64,000 nucleotides of DNA from an uncultured Acidobacteriota bacterium (GTDB lineage Bacteria > Actinomycetota > Acidimicrobiia > Spongiisociales > ZC4RG35), in assembly GCA_963734115.1 (NCBI GenBank), contig CAVTFV010000015.1, positions 2,481-66,480 of the forward strand, written 5' to 3'. Shown one piece after another: positions 1 to 10,314 of this stretch. The position numbers and the translations under genes were made by a program. How positions within the stretch are numbered: the stretch's first letter is position 1; every line of letters starts with the position of its first letter. Under the pieces are notes generated by a model. It was not told where the DNA came from and did no database searches. It was given only the letters and a program-made list of their open reading frames with translations.

Positions 1-105
1 CCTGGAGGCGAGGCTGCGAGCTGGAGGGAATACGGCGTAGAGCACAAGACCCGCAGCCAGGGCGGTGCTCCCGGCAGCAGCCAGCACGACCGGTGTGAGC
101 GTCAC
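1..105 (-). CDS. Probable TadC-like pilus membrane protein, N-terminal fragment (runs off window)
   Basis: GTG overlaps the tadB stop (GTGA at 105-102); hydrophobic N-terminus VTLTPVVLAAAGSTALAAGLVLYAVFPP; follows tadA-tadB. Confidence 0.6.
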   Translation of the reverse strand, partial: MTLTPVVLAAAGSTALAAGLVLYAVFPPARSLASR

Positions 106-968
106 TCCCCACCCCGCGCCGTCACGAACACCCTGGGCTCTGCCGGTTGAGCTCCGAGTCTGGAGGCAATAACCACTCCGACCAAGCTCATCACCCCGCC
201 GATGACCGCAACCAGCACACCCATCGGTGACGCGTAGAACTCGCGAAACGGCCCGGCCCTGGCGGTCATCGCCACCAAGACCAGCCAGGGGAGGATGAAG
301 ACGATGCGTGAGTTGATCTTCTGCTCGAGCGCGTCGGTGCGGATCTCCTCCAAGGTCCACAGGTCCTTGGTTGTCGCATCGGCCAGATCGGAGAGGATCT
401 CGGGCACGACCGCGCCCCCGCGCTCATAGGCCAGAATCAACACTTCGATGACACGATCAGAGGTCGGGTCGGCCAGATCGGACTTGATCATCTCGAGCGC
501 GGGCACAACACCGAGACTGTGCGAATACACGGGGAAGCCTTGAAAGGCGACCCGCAGAGGAGCCGGGCCGAATGAGGCGAGACCCTCGATGGCGGTGGGA
601 AGTGACGCCCCCGATCTGACCGACGCCAGGAGGTCGCGGAGCCCGTCCGGCCATGCCCGCTGCACGTCATCGAGCCGCTGGGCTCGCTTACGAGAGAAGT
701 ACGCCTTGGGCAGGGTTGCCACAACTACGGACGGCATAAGCGAGACGATTGGAAGCGAAGTCAGTGCGAAGACGACTGCGTAAGTCCCGAGCCCGGCACC
801 GAGCGATGCAAGCCAGAACTGTCCCGGGGTGATGTCGAGTCCGGATTCCTTCAGCCAGCCCGCCCTCTTCGGCTTGGGCCGGTGCCGACTTCTCACACCG
901 ACCAGCACCCATCTGACGACGAGCGCCACTGCCACCGAAGTCGCCACAGCGGCGGCGAGCGTCACCAA
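102..968 (-). CDS. tadB: TadB / type II secretion system F family pilus assembly protein
   Basis: WPDGLRDLLASVRSGASLPTA, ERGGAVVPEILSDLAD, C-terminal TM pair; follows TadA. Confidence 0.85.
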   Translation of the reverse strand: MVTLAAAVATSVAVALVVRWVLVGVRSRHRPKPKRAGWLKESGLDITPGQFWLASLGAGLGTYAVVFALTSLPIVSLMPSVVVATLPKAYFSRKRAQRLDDVQRAWPDGLRDLLASVRSGASLPTAIEGLASFGPAPLRVAFQGFPVYSHSLGVVPALEMIKSDLADPTSDRVIEVLILAYERGGAVVPEILSDLADATTKDLWTLEEIRTDALEQKINSRIVFILPWLVLVAMTARAGPFREFYASPMGVLVAVIGGVMSLVGVVIASRLGAQPAEPRVFVTARGGE

Positions 969-2233
969 CTAGCCACTCCCTCCAACACCTGGGTCAAGTC
1001 GGTCTGTCCCGTGAGCGCTCGATCGAGACGCCGAACGAGGGACTGCGGCGGCATCGAGCCAGTCCATTCGAGTGGGCCACCCAGGCGATCCCGCCGGAAC
1101 AAGGACTCGGATGAGAAGTCCTCGTGAAGAGACGGGACCAGAGCCCGGATCTCCATCGTTCTTCGGCGGATGCCGCCGTCGGTCGGTTCGATGTCACGCT
1201 CGAGATGCACGACCAGATCGATCGACGAAGCAAACACCTTCCGGACGACCCGCTCTGGAATGTTCTCGCCGGCCATCAGCGCGGCATTGACCAGGGCATC
1301 CAGCGCATCTGGCGCCGAGTTGGCATGGATGGTGCAGGCCAGGCCGCAGCCGGCGTTGACCGCCCGAGTCAACTCGAAAGCCTCTCCTCCCCTGACCTCG
1401 CCGACGACTATCAGGTCCGGTCGCATCGCAAGCGTGGCCTTGACCAGTTGCCGCAGGCTGATCTCCCCGCCTCCGTCCAACGATGGGGGCCGGGCCTCGT
1501 AATAGGACCCATGGACGATCGGTACGTGCAACTCCCGGATCTCCTCACATGCCCGAACGCAATGGTCGGATGGGACGGCGGCGATCAATGCAGATAGGAA
1601 GGAGGTCTTGCCGGCGCCAGGCGGGCCACTCACGATCACGGAGGTCGACGCCCGCATGGCGAGGCTGAGGAAGTCCGCTGCTCCGCGGGTCAGCGACCCG
1701 AGCTCGACTAGGGACCCGAGAGTCTCCTTCCGAAGGGCGTAACGGCGAATGGTGGCGGAAAGATGGTCGGACACCGGCGGGATCACTGCCGTCAGTCGGG
1801 CCGACCCATCGAGGATGCGAGCCTGGGACACGGGGTGAGACGCATCGAGCCGCCGATCGGTGGATGCCATCAGCCGCTCGACTACCTGGCGATTCTCCGA
1901 CTCGGAGCTCGGCACATCCAACCCTCGAAGCCGACCTCCGGCTTCGAGAAAAGTGACTCTGTCGCCCTCGATGAAGATCTCCTCCACATCTTCTCGGTCG
2001 AGGAGATCCCCCAGCGGTCCGAAGTAGGACACCGATTGGAGCAGGCGGCGCACTGTCGCATCAGGGTCGGCTAGCGACCGGGTCTCACCCATGTGTGCAT
2101 GTCGCTGATAGTCCTCCACGGTGGCCCGCAGCAGCTCGACGAGCCGGGCCGTGTCTCGCTGCGGGTCGAGGCCGGATCCGTCGATTCTTTCGAGGGCTCG
2201 CCTCCTGATCTCGTGATAGGCGTCGACCGTCAT
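962..2233 (-). CDS. tadA: TadA/CpaF pilus assembly ATPase
   Basis: Walker A GPPGAGKT, MRPDLIVVGEVRGGEA, TIHANS, LDASHP...ARL. Confidence 0.93.
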   Translation of the reverse strand: MTVDAYHEIRRRALERIDGSGLDPQRDTARLVELLRATVEDYQRHAHMGETRSLADPDATVRRLLQSVSYFGPLGDLLDREDVEEIFIEGDRVTFLEAGGRLRGLDVPSSESENRQVVERLMASTDRRLDASHPVSQARILDGSARLTAVIPPVSDHLSATIRRYALRKETLGSLVELGSLTRGAADFLSLAMRASTSVIVSGPPGAGKTSFLSALIAAVPSDHCVRACEEIRELHVPIVHGSYYEARPPSLDGGGEISLRQLVKATLAMRPDLIVVGEVRGGEAFELTRAVNAGCGLACTIHANSAPDALDALVNAALMAGENIPERVVRKVFASSIDLVVHLERDIEPTDGGIRRRTMEIRALVPSLHEDFSSESLFRRDRLGGPLEWTGSMPPQSLVRRLDRALTGQTDLTQVLEGVASW

Positions 2234-3334
2234 CCGGCCGCTCGATCGATCAGAGACGACACTCGGCTCACCGATTTGACGAATGGACCTCGCCCAATCG
2301 GGGTTCCATCCCAGGAGGCGCGCTCGAGACGCTTTTCCTCAGGCACGAGGATCACAGGCACCGTCGGAAGCAGACGGGCCATCTCTGCCCTTATCTCAAG
2401 ACGGCGGCGACTTCCAGCGGCGACACGGTTGACCAGCGCGACAGTGTCAGGCGCGTCGATCCTCGATGACAGGTCCTGAACGGATCGCACCAAACGTGAC
2501 ACTCCCACCGGATTTCCCAGACCGACCACGATCAAGGCGTGAAAACGGACATAGTCGAGGCGATCAGGGCGCGGGCTTCCCAGATCGGCGACCACCACTT
2601 CGTAGCCGGCTTTTCCAACCTCGTCGAGGACCCCTTCGATCTCGACGGGCGGGATGTCCTGCGTCGACATCGTGTTGACCAGGCCGCCGATCACGTCGAC
2701 TGGGCCATAGTCGAGAATCGCCTCGTTGACCGAACCGGAGGCGTGATGGGCCGCCTCGAGGGCGGTGAGGAGATTCGGATGCAGTGGGAGGTCGAGACGC
2801 TGCGCCACGGACGGCGACCTCTCGTCCAGGTCGATGAGCAGGGTGGACCGCGAGAGAGCCAGGCTCGCGGCGATCCCAATCGCGATCTCGGTGCAACCGA
2901 CCCCAGCCAATGGGTCCGAGCACACCGACACGAAACGAGCGTGGCGCGGGGACGACTGTCGGCGACGGTGCGCCTCCTCGATGGAGCAGGGTTGCCTCGG
3001 CGGCCGCCAGGAACTCCTCCGGTGCCGCATCCTCTTCGATCACGTCGGTGATACCGCACTCGAGGAGGTGCCGCTTGGCGTCGGGAGCATCGACCGGGTC
3101 GTACACCCCGACGATCTCCCGCCCTATTTCCCGAACGGATCTGACCAGGCGTGGGGTGAGGAACGAGCAGACGTCGTCGATGAACAAGACTTCGTACTGA
3201 TCAGTCATCGCCTGATCCGGGCCCATGACCCGCGAGCGGACCCTCCCTCCACCATGATCGATCAAGAACCGGTGAAGTCGGTCCGGCCAGCCGCGTGCGG
3301 AGGCGGCCAGCGCAAGCTCCGGGGCGGTCGTCAC
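2230..3334 (-). CDS. Ssd/CpaE-like MinD-ParA family protein with degenerate N-terminal receiver domain (frameshift near 2910)
   Basis: ORF 2564-3334 supplies the receiver-like N-terminus up to VGVLGPIG; ORF 2230-3030 continues GVGCTEIA...LLIDLD...VVADLG; GTGA/ATGA-type overlaps with neighbours. Confidence 0.75.
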
Positions 3335-4011
3335 CCCGCTGCCTCTTCGATACCGTCGGCGCCGGTGGAACGCACGATCTCCAGGGAACCGTCAGCGATC
3401 GCCCGGGCCAGCGCAAGAGCTTGCTGTGGGCTGACCCCGACCACCACGTGATAGGGACCCGTTGCTGAGAGCCCGGTCTGCATGGTGTCGGCGATGCTGA
3501 CCACTTCGAGGTCGGTTGCGACGAAGACTGGCTCCTCGCCAACGATCGATATCACGTCGACGCGATCGCCAATCACCAACGTGGCTCCTGCGGCGTGTTC
3601 GACCGGGACCGGGATGCTCATCGTACGAAGCCCGTCGCCGGTGCCGGGCCGGACGATGATGGAGCGGTCGATCAACTCCCCCGCGCGGACCGAGCGACCG
3701 ACGATCCATCCTTCGAGATCCGCCAGATCGGCCTCTCTCACCAAGTGGTCGATGCCTTCGAATTCAGCCGGGAGGGGCGCAAAACGAACGAGGTTCGGGG
3801 TGAGGGAAGAGCCGGCCGCTATCGAGGAGTCGGCGATGGCCACCAACGTCGTGGCTTCCCGGCTCTGGAGAGCGAGATAGTTGAGGGCAAAGGCAAGGAC
3901 GACAGCGACAGCGATCGCAATATGAGACAGCGAAGGTCGATAGCGAGCCGACCGGACGGTCGGTGCCGAGGTGCCCGCTTCCCTCGTCATGACGGAGGGA
4001 CTCGTCTTCAC
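3331..4011 (-). CDS. cpaB: CpaB/RcpC-like SAF-domain pilus assembly protein
   Basis: N-terminal TM, SAF-like segment, LRTMSIPV...GDRVDVI, VSPQQALALA; GTG at 4011 lies 8 nt after a TAGGTT -10. Confidence 0.8.
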   Translation of the reverse strand: MKTSPSVMTREAGTSAPTVRSARYRPSLSHIAIAVAVVLAFALNYLALQSREATTLVAIADSSIAAGSSLTPNLVRFAPLPAEFEGIDHLVREADLADLEGWIVGRSVRAGELIDRSIIVRPGTGDGLRTMSIPVPVEHAAGATLVIGDRVDVISIVGEEPVFVATDLEVVSIADTMQTGLSATGPYHVVVGVSPQQALALARAIADGSLEIVRSTGADGIEEAAG

Positions 4012-4064
4012 TTGTTTTGAACCTATCGTCGAACCTGTAGTCGATGTCGAGAGCGCGAAAGTAG

Positions 4065-4595
4065 ATGGACCAAACACCGGATCGGGATATCGAGTCCCAC
4101 CTTCGCCATGGAGCTGGACGTGAGTGGTTGGAGGAGGCCGCCGAGGACGAGAAGCTGACCGAGCTGCTCCGGAGGAGGAGGCTCGATCTCTCCGGGCGGG
4201 TCCTCGAGCTGGTTCACCGCGGGGAGCGAGTGCGCGCCGAGACCGGAGCCCACACTTTCTCGGGCCGCGTCGTCTACGCCGGCGCGGACTTCGCCAGCGT
4301 CGATCGCGGCGATGACGTCGTCGAAGTAGTCCTCGACTCGGCGGTCTGGACAGTGGAGCGCAGCGAGACGGGTGGCAACGAGCAGAGCGGTGACAAGCTC
4401 ACGTTCCGGGCGCGGATCGCCGAGATCGCAGCGACGGTCGAGCCGGTTCGAATTGTCGTCGTCGATGGAAGAGCAATCGTCGGGTCCGTCGATGTGGTGG
4501 CCACCGACCACATCGAACTGACCCAGGACGGAAACACCATCGTTGTCCCGATCCGACAGGTCGTCGCTGTGATCCGCTCTACATCTCGCTTCTGA
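4065..4595 (+). CDS. Conserved-looking hypothetical protein with two Sm/SH3-like beta halves, divergent from tad operon
   Basis: Internal repeat GRVVYAGADFASV / GSVDVVATDHIEL; start codon uncertain. Confidence 0.6.
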   Translation: MDQTPDRDIESHLRHGAGREWLEEAAEDEKLTELLRRRRLDLSGRVLELVHRGERVRAETGAHTFSGRVVYAGADFASVDRGDDVVEVVLDSAVWTVERSETGGNEQSGDKLTFRARIAEIAATVEPVRIVVVDGRAIVGSVDVVATDHIELTQDGNTIVVPIRQVVAVIRSTSRF

Positions 4596-4797
4596 CATCT
4601 TCGGTCTCCGCTGTCACCGGGTGGGCCCGGACGAACTCGTAGATCTCGTCCCGGAAGAACTTGAAGGTCCGGCCACCCGGGAGCTTGTAGGCGGGCAACC
4701 GCCCTTCCCTGGCGTAGCGCCGAACCATTTGCACGTTCATTCCCAGCAACTCCGCCACCTGCGCCGCGTCGAGGATCGGGGGGTAGTCCTCAGCCAA
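4579..4797 (-). CDS. Excisionase/BldC-like single HTH DNA-binding protein
   Basis: 72 aa; LDAAQVAELLGMNVQMVRRYAREGRLPAYKLPGGRTFKF matches the HTH_17/BldC pattern; GAGGA RBS before TTG. Confidence 0.8.
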   Translation of the reverse strand: MAEDYPPILDAAQVAELLGMNVQMVRRYAREGRLPAYKLPGGRTFKFFRDEIYEFVRAHPVTAETEDVRSEM

Positions 4798-4897
4798 CTG
4801 TCGTCCTCATCGTTACTCGAGACGAGAGTACGGCATCTGTCGATCGCTTGGAATGGGTTCGATCCGGCCACTCACCAGAGAAGCGTACGATCGATCG

Positions 4898-5275
4898 ATG
4901 ACCAAGACCGAGGTCCAGAGCTGGCTCGACCGCTACATCCTGGCGTGGCAGGCGAACACGACGACAGCCATCGAGGAGCTGTTCACCGAAGACGCCACAT
5001 ATCGCTTCCATCCCTACGACGAGGGTGATGAGATTGTCGTCGGCCGAGACCGGATAGTCGCCGCCTGGCTGGAGAAACCCGACGACCCGGGGGCCTGGGA
5101 GGCGGTCTATGAGCCATGGGCGGTGGACGGCGATCGCAGCGTGGGTGTTGGTACCAGTCGATATCTGGCGACGGCCGACAAGCCCGAGCGCATCTATAAC
5201 AACTGCTTCCTGATGAAGTTCGCCGACGACGGGCGCTGCTCGGAGTTCACCGAGTACTACGTCCGTCAGCCGTAA
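4898..5275 (+). CDS. SnoaL-like / NTF2 family protein
   Basis: WLDRYILAW...LFTEDATY...GRDRIVAAW...GRCSEFTEY. Confidence 0.85.
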   Translation: MTKTEVQSWLDRYILAWQANTTTAIEELFTEDATYRFHPYDEGDEIVVGRDRIVAAWLEKPDDPGAWEAVYEPWAVDGDRSVGVGTSRYLATADKPERIYNNCFLMKFADDGRCSEFTEYYVRQP

Positions 5276-5335
5276 AGGTCGGCTGCAAGATCCAACCCAA
5301 GGGGCGGTACCGAGATTCGCTGTCGGTCCGGTCAC

Positions 5336-5363
5336 TTCACCCGCAAGGTCCTTATGTCGATAT
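5336..5363 (+). promoter_or_regulatory. Putative sigma-28/WhiG-type promoter
   Basis: TTCA(5336-5339)-N16-GTCGATAT(5356-5363), 7 nt before GTG at 5371. Confidence 0.5.
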
Positions 5364-5370
5364 CGAGATC

Positions 5371-5748
5371 GTGCTGGATTTCTACTTCGGCTACGCGATG
5401 GGTCAGCAGACCGCCACGAGGGCCGCCTCCCTGGCCCGTTCCGCCGCCGCCGCCGACGGCACCAGGCACAGCAACCGGATCGAGGACCTGAACGAGAGGG
5501 TCGACCGGCTGGTGATAATCATGCGGGCAACTCTGGCGCTCCTCGAAGAGCAAGGCATCACCCCCGAGCGGCTGATGGCCAAGATCGACGAGCTCGACCT
5601 CCAGGACGGAGTGGACGACGAACGGCTCCGCGACCTGATCGTCGAGTGTCCCTCATGCCAGTCGAAGGTTGCTCCCGGGTTGCGCAACTGCCAGCTGTGC
5701 GGGACCGAAGTCCGAGCCGACACCGGGCACCCGCTAGCCAACATCTGA
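5371..5748 (+). CDS. Hypothetical protein with coiled coil and C-terminal zinc ribbon
   Basis: IEDLNERVDRL coil; CPSC-x10-CQLC. Confidence 0.7.
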   Translation: MLDFYFGYAMGQQTATRAASLARSAAAADGTRHSNRIEDLNERVDRLVIIMRATLALLEEQGITPERLMAKIDELDLQDGVDDERLRDLIVECPSCQSKVAPGLRNCQLCGTEVRADTGHPLANI

Positions 5749-5793
5749 CCTACCCGCGCAATTCGGGAACAACGCCCTCAATACACTTCGGCG

Positions 5794-7230
5794 ATGGGCA
5801 GCTTCGACGAGGTTCACGGCCCTGAGGGGGTGCGTCCTCACTACCAGGTGTTGATGAATCGTCTCTCCGAGATCGGAGACGCCGAGCTCAGCGATCGTCT
5901 CGGGCTGCTCGATTCCTTCTTCCGCACTCTCGGTATCACTTTTGCCGTCAGCGGTCACGAGGGCGGCCTCGAGCGCACCTGGCCGATGGACCTGGTGCCC
6001 CGGATCATCCCGTCTGACGAGTGGAGTCACATCGAGTCCGGGCTCGTCCAACGGGTAAGCGTCCTCAACCGCTTCCTCGACGATCTCTACGTCGGGGGTC
6101 AGCAGGCGATCAACGACGGCATCATCCCCCGCTGGCTGGTCGAGTCGGCCGACGGATATGTCCGAGAAGCTCACGGCATCCCCGCCCCCCGGGGCTCTCG
6201 GTGCGTGGTCGCCGGGATCGACATCGTCCGCGACGACGAGGGGACATACCGGGTCCTCGAAGACAATCTGCGGGTGCCGAGCGGGATCTCCTATGTCCTC
6301 GAGAACAGGGTGGCGATGACCCGGATCCTGCCGGTCGGTTTCGCCAGCCATGTCATCCGGCCCGTCGACCACTACGGGGCGTCGCTGCTTCGTGCTCTAC
6401 GCGCCATCGCCCCACCCAACGCCGATGATCCCACCGTGGTCGTTCTGACTCCCGGTGTGGCCAACTCGGCCTACTTCGAGCATGCCTTCCTTGCTCGGCA
6501 GATGGGGATCGAGCTGGTGGAAGGCCGTGACCTCCTGGTCGACGACCGTCACGTCTCCATGCGCACCACCAAGGGCCTCAAACGTGTCGATGTGATCTAC
6601 CGGCGGGTCAACGACGAGTTCCTCGACCCCGTCGTCTTCCGCCAGGACAGCCTCCTCGGCGTCCCCGGTCTGCACGGTGCGGCCCGGGCCGGCACGGTGA
6701 CAATCGCCAATGCCATCGGGAACGGCGCGGTCGACGACAAGGGCGTGTATCCCTACATCCCCGCCCTGATCAAGTACTACATGGGCGAGGAACCGATTCT
6801 CCCCAACGTCACCACCTATCTCCCCTGGGAACCGGACCAGCTCGAGCTCATCCTGGGCCGGCTCGATCGGCTGGTGGTCAAGCCGGTTGCCGAGGCCGGC
6901 GGATACGGGATCGTGATCGGCAGCGTGGCCGACGAGGCCACCCTCGAGGCCACCGCCGCCGCGCTCCATGCGAACCCGAGGGGCTACATCGCCCAGGAGA
7001 TCGTCCAGCTCTCCACCCATCCCACATTCGTCGACGGGCATCTGGAGCCCCGTCACGTCGACCTGCGCCCGTTCGTGCTCAGTGGGGACAGGATCGAGGT
7101 GGTGCCCGGTGGCCTGACACGGGTGGCCATGCGGAAAGGGTCCCTGATCGTCAACTCCTCACAGGGCGGTGGATCCAAGGACACATGGGTGCTGAGCAAC
7201 GGGAGCGGGCATGCTGTCGCGACACGCTGA
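5794..7230 (+). CDS. Circularly permuted type 2 ATP-grasp protein
   Basis: DLVPRII, VLEDNLRVPSGISY, NSAYFEHAFLA, DVIYRRV, PRHVDLRPF, NSSQGGGSKDTWV. Confidence 0.93.
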   Translation: MGSFDEVHGPEGVRPHYQVLMNRLSEIGDAELSDRLGLLDSFFRTLGITFAVSGHEGGLERTWPMDLVPRIIPSDEWSHIESGLVQRVSVLNRFLDDLYVGGQQAINDGIIPRWLVESADGYVREAHGIPAPRGSRCVVAGIDIVRDDEGTYRVLEDNLRVPSGISYVLENRVAMTRILPVGFASHVIRPVDHYGASLLRALRAIAPPNADDPTVVVLTPGVANSAYFEHAFLARQMGIELVEGRDLLVDDRHVSMRTTKGLKRVDVIYRRVNDEFLDPVVFRQDSLLGVPGLHGAARAGTVTIANAIGNGAVDDKGVYPYIPALIKYYMGEEPILPNVTTYLPWEPDQLELILGRLDRLVVKPVAEAGGYGIVIGSVADEATLEATAAALHANPRGYIAQEIVQLSTHPTFVDGHLEPRHVDLRPFVLSGDRIEVVPGGLTRVAMRKGSLIVNSSQGGGSKDTWVLSNGSGHAVATR

Positions 7231-8164
7231 GGACCTCTTCTGGGTGGGCCGCTATGTCGAGCGGGCCGAGGACACGGCCCGCATGCTCGACGTGACCTAT
7301 CACAACCTCCTCGAATCCCCGGGCGACGGAGCGGAAACCACCTGGGGCGAGCTGCTCGAGGTCCTATTCGTAAATGCCCTCTACACCGGTCCGTTGGAGA
7401 GCAGCGCCGTCAGCAGTTATCTGGTCGCTGATCGCGACAACCCCGGCTCGATCATCTCGGCGGTGGAGCGGGCCCGTGACAACGCCCGCGGCCTCCGGGA
7501 CCGGATCTCGACCGAGTTGTGGGAGGCCATCAATGTCTTCCATCTCGATCTGGCCCGCGCCGACTTCCACCTCGATCTCGACCGTCGGGCCTACGAGGTA
7601 TTCCGGAGCATCAAGAGCAGGTGTCAGCTGATCAGCGGCGTCGCCGCCCAGACCATGCCCCGGGACGAGGGTTATCGCTTCATGCTGCTGGGCCTTCTTC
7701 TCGAGCGCGCCGAGATGACCTGCCGCCTCCTCTCCGTCCGCTATGCCCGTCTCGCCGGTGGCGATGGCCAGTCAGGGTTTCACGCCTGGGTGTCGGTGCT
7801 CAAGTCGGTCTCGGCCTACGAGGCCTATCTCAAAGCGCATGACGCCTCACTCGACCCGACCGATGTCCTTCAATTCCTTCTGCTCGACGAGGAGTTCCCT
7901 CGCAGCGTCCTCTATTGCCTCCAGCAGGTGGAGCGCCTGATCGATCGCCTCGCCGGCTCGAGTCAGCAGACCAGCATGGAGCGGGCTGTGGGCCGGGTGC
8001 GGGCCCATACCGAGTTCACCGACATCCCCACAATCGTCGACGGACGGCTCGACCCGTTCCTCGAGGAGCTACAAAAAGAGATCTACGAGGTCTCCGACGA
8101 GGTGGAGGCCCATTTCTTCCGGGCCGGCACCGATCTTCAACTCCACTTCCAGAGGTGGGCATGA
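7211..8164 (+). CDS. Alpha-E domain protein
   Basis: MLSRHAEDLFWVGRYVERAE, ARDNAR, LERAEMT, FPRSV. Confidence 0.92.
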   Translation: MLSRHAEDLFWVGRYVERAEDTARMLDVTYHNLLESPGDGAETTWGELLEVLFVNALYTGPLESSAVSSYLVADRDNPGSIISAVERARDNARGLRDRISTELWEAINVFHLDLARADFHLDLDRRAYEVFRSIKSRCQLISGVAAQTMPRDEGYRFMLLGLLLERAEMTCRLLSVRYARLAGGDGQSGFHAWVSVLKSVSAYEAYLKAHDASLDPTDVLQFLLLDEEFPRSVLYCLQQVERLIDRLAGSSQQTSMERAVGRVRAHTEFTDIPTIVDGRLDPFLEELQKEIYEVSDEVEAHFFRAGTDLQLHFQRWA

Positions 8165-9033
8165 GACTCGAGATCCGCTATCTGAACGAGTTCACCTATG
8201 GGGAGCCGGCTTGGGAGTCGCACAACCTTCTCCGGGCATGTCCCGCCAATGAGGACCATCAGCAGTTGGCCGCATATCGGGTCGAGGTCACCCCGACGGC
8301 CCGGGTCCACTCCTACACCGACTACTGGGGGACCAGAGTCGACGAGTTCGGGATCGTGGAGCCTCACCGTGCTCTTCGGATCATGGCCGAGTCGACAGTC
8401 GACACGACAACCCCGTCGAGCCCATCGAGCGAGGCCACCCTCGAGGCGCTCGAGTCGGTGCGTGGGGAGCTGTCCAGCTTTCTCCGCCCATCGCCCCACG
8501 CCATCTGGGACGAGCCGATCGAAGAGGCAGCCAGGGAGGCGGTGGGTGGCGCGGTCGAGGTGCTCGACGTCGCAACCGCCGTCTCTGACAAGGTCACGTC
8601 GACTCTCGACTACGTGCCGGGCGCGACATACGTCGGCGTCGATGTGGCCGATGTCATGTCGCAGGGCAAGGGGGTATGCCAGGATTTCGCCCATCTCGGC
8701 ATCGCGATGTATCGCAGCATCGGGATCCCGGCACGGTATGTGTCGGGCTATTTGTACGCCGCCGAACAGACTTCGGCAGTTGCCCCGGACGAGGCCGAGC
8801 TGAGCGTGCAGACCCATGCCTGGCTCGAAGTCTTCGTGCCCGGGCACGGATGGTGGGGTTTGGATCCGACCAATGCCCAGCCCGTCGGCGAGCTTCATGT
8901 CAAGATCGGGCACGGCCGGGATTACCAGGACGTCATGCCCTTGCGTGGTGTCTATCACGGCGGTGCGGACCACCAGCTTGGAGTTCAGGTGCGCATCAGC
9001 CGGGAGCGTCTGTCCCAGATGGCCGAGCAGTAG
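8161..9033 (+). CDS. Transglutaminase family protein
   Basis: GVCQDFAH, ARYVSGY, THAWLE, LDPTN, GRDYQDV catalytic motifs. Confidence 0.92.
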   Translation: MRLEIRYLNEFTYGEPAWESHNLLRACPANEDHQQLAAYRVEVTPTARVHSYTDYWGTRVDEFGIVEPHRALRIMAESTVDTTTPSSPSSEATLEALESVRGELSSFLRPSPHAIWDEPIEEAAREAVGGAVEVLDVATAVSDKVTSTLDYVPGATYVGVDVADVMSQGKGVCQDFAHLGIAMYRSIGIPARYVSGYLYAAEQTSAVAPDEAELSVQTHAWLEVFVPGHGWWGLDPTNAQPVGELHVKIGHGRDYQDVMPLRGVYHGGADHQLGVQVRISRERLSQMAEQ

Positions 9034-9137
9034 CGACGGCGCACCGTTTTCTCAATGGATTTATCATCGATTTAGGGTCTCTGCGGTCATTTCCACTGTT
9101 TGTGCCCAAAACCGATGAAGAAGGAGCTCTGATCAAC

Positions 9138-10313
9138 TTGGTGTCGAAGAGGCAATTGCTGGTGGCGTTGGCCGTGGTGTCCACGCTGGCTCTGGCCCCT
9201 GCGGCTCTGGCGCAGACGGAGGAGACACCGACGACTCTCCCCGCGACCGCGCTGACCGTCAGCACTCCGTTCCCGTCTGTCGCGGTCGAGCCCGGGGACC
9301 AGGTCAGTTTCGCGCTCACGATCGGCGCACCTGCCCAAGCCGAGGTCGCGCTCGCCGTTGACGGTGTGCCCGAAGGCTGGACAGCCGCATTCCGAGGCGG
9401 CGGCTTCGAGGTCGACTCGGTTACAGCCGGGCCTGGACTCGAGCCGGAGCTCACTTTCGACGTCACGGTTCCGACCAGCGTGACCGAAGGCGAGTTCCCC
9501 ATGACAATCAACGCCTCCGGTGGCGGCGGGACGGTCGCCCTGCCGATCGCGGTCCGGGTCTCCGCCCAAGCCGGTGGTGAGGTGACTCTGACTCCCAACT
9601 TCCCGGGTCTTCGTTCCCCCGCCGGTGTGGAGGTCACCTTCGATGTCGAACTGTCCAACGGCACCCCTGCCGACCTCGAGTTCGAGTTGACCCCTACCGC
9701 CCCGTCGGGGTGGGATGTCACCGCGGAGCTCGCCGGTCAGGCCCAGGCTTCCACCGTCCTGGTCGAGGCCGGTGGCACCGAGACGATCAACGTCGCGGTG
9801 ACCCCGCCGGTCCAGGCCGAGGCCGCCCAGTACCCGATCACCCTCGTGGCAACTGCCCCGGGCTCGACCGTTGAGACCGAGATGATCGTGGAGGTGACCG
9901 GTTCTTACTCCCTGGAGATGACCACCGCCGACCAGCGTCTCAACGCCGAGGTGACGGTGGGCAGCACCAGTGACTTCCAGATCATCCTGACCAACACCGG
10001 GACCGCCGACCTCGACAACGTCGTGGTCGGGGTCACCCCGCCCACGGGGTGGGAGGTCGCCTTCGACAGTCAGGAGGTCGCCATCCCGGCAGGTGAGACA
10101 GTGCCGATCGTGGCAACCATCACACCGTCGGAGGAGGCGGTCGCCGGCGACTACGTGATCAGCTTCACCGCCACCCACGAGCAGGCAGACGCCCAGATGG
10201 AGGTGCGGACGACTGTCAACCCCTCCGCAATCTGGGGCTTCGTCGGGATCGCCGTCATCGCCCTGACTCTCGCCGGTCTGGCCTGGGTCTTCCGGCGCTT
10301 CGGCCGTCGCTGA
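9138..10313 (+). CDS. NEW3/NPCBM-associated Ig-like repeat membrane-anchored protein
   Basis: Signal peptide, three PxGW repeats, NTGTADL, AGDY, C-terminal TM plus RRFGRR; AAGGAG RBS. Confidence 0.8.
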   Translation: MVSKRQLLVALAVVSTLALAPAALAQTEETPTTLPATALTVSTPFPSVAVEPGDQVSFALTIGAPAQAEVALAVDGVPEGWTAAFRGGGFEVDSVTAGPGLEPELTFDVTVPTSVTEGEFPMTINASGGGGTVALPIAVRVSAQAGGEVTLTPNFPGLRSPAGVEVTFDVELSNGTPADLEFELTPTAPSGWDVTAELAGQAQASTVLVEAGGTETINVAVTPPVQAEAAQYPITLVATAPGSTVETEMIVEVTGSYSLEMTTADQRLNAEVTVGSTSDFQIILTNTGTADLDNVVVGVTPPTGWEVAFDSQEVAIPAGETVPIVATITPSEEAVAGDYVISFTATHEQADAQMEVRTTVNPSAIWGFVGIAVIALTLAGLAWVFRRFGRR

Positions 10314-10314
10314 C

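Noticed and set aside
4579-4797. Prophage or ICE excisionase
   Set aside because: No integrase, att-like repeats, tRNA or phage genes nearby.
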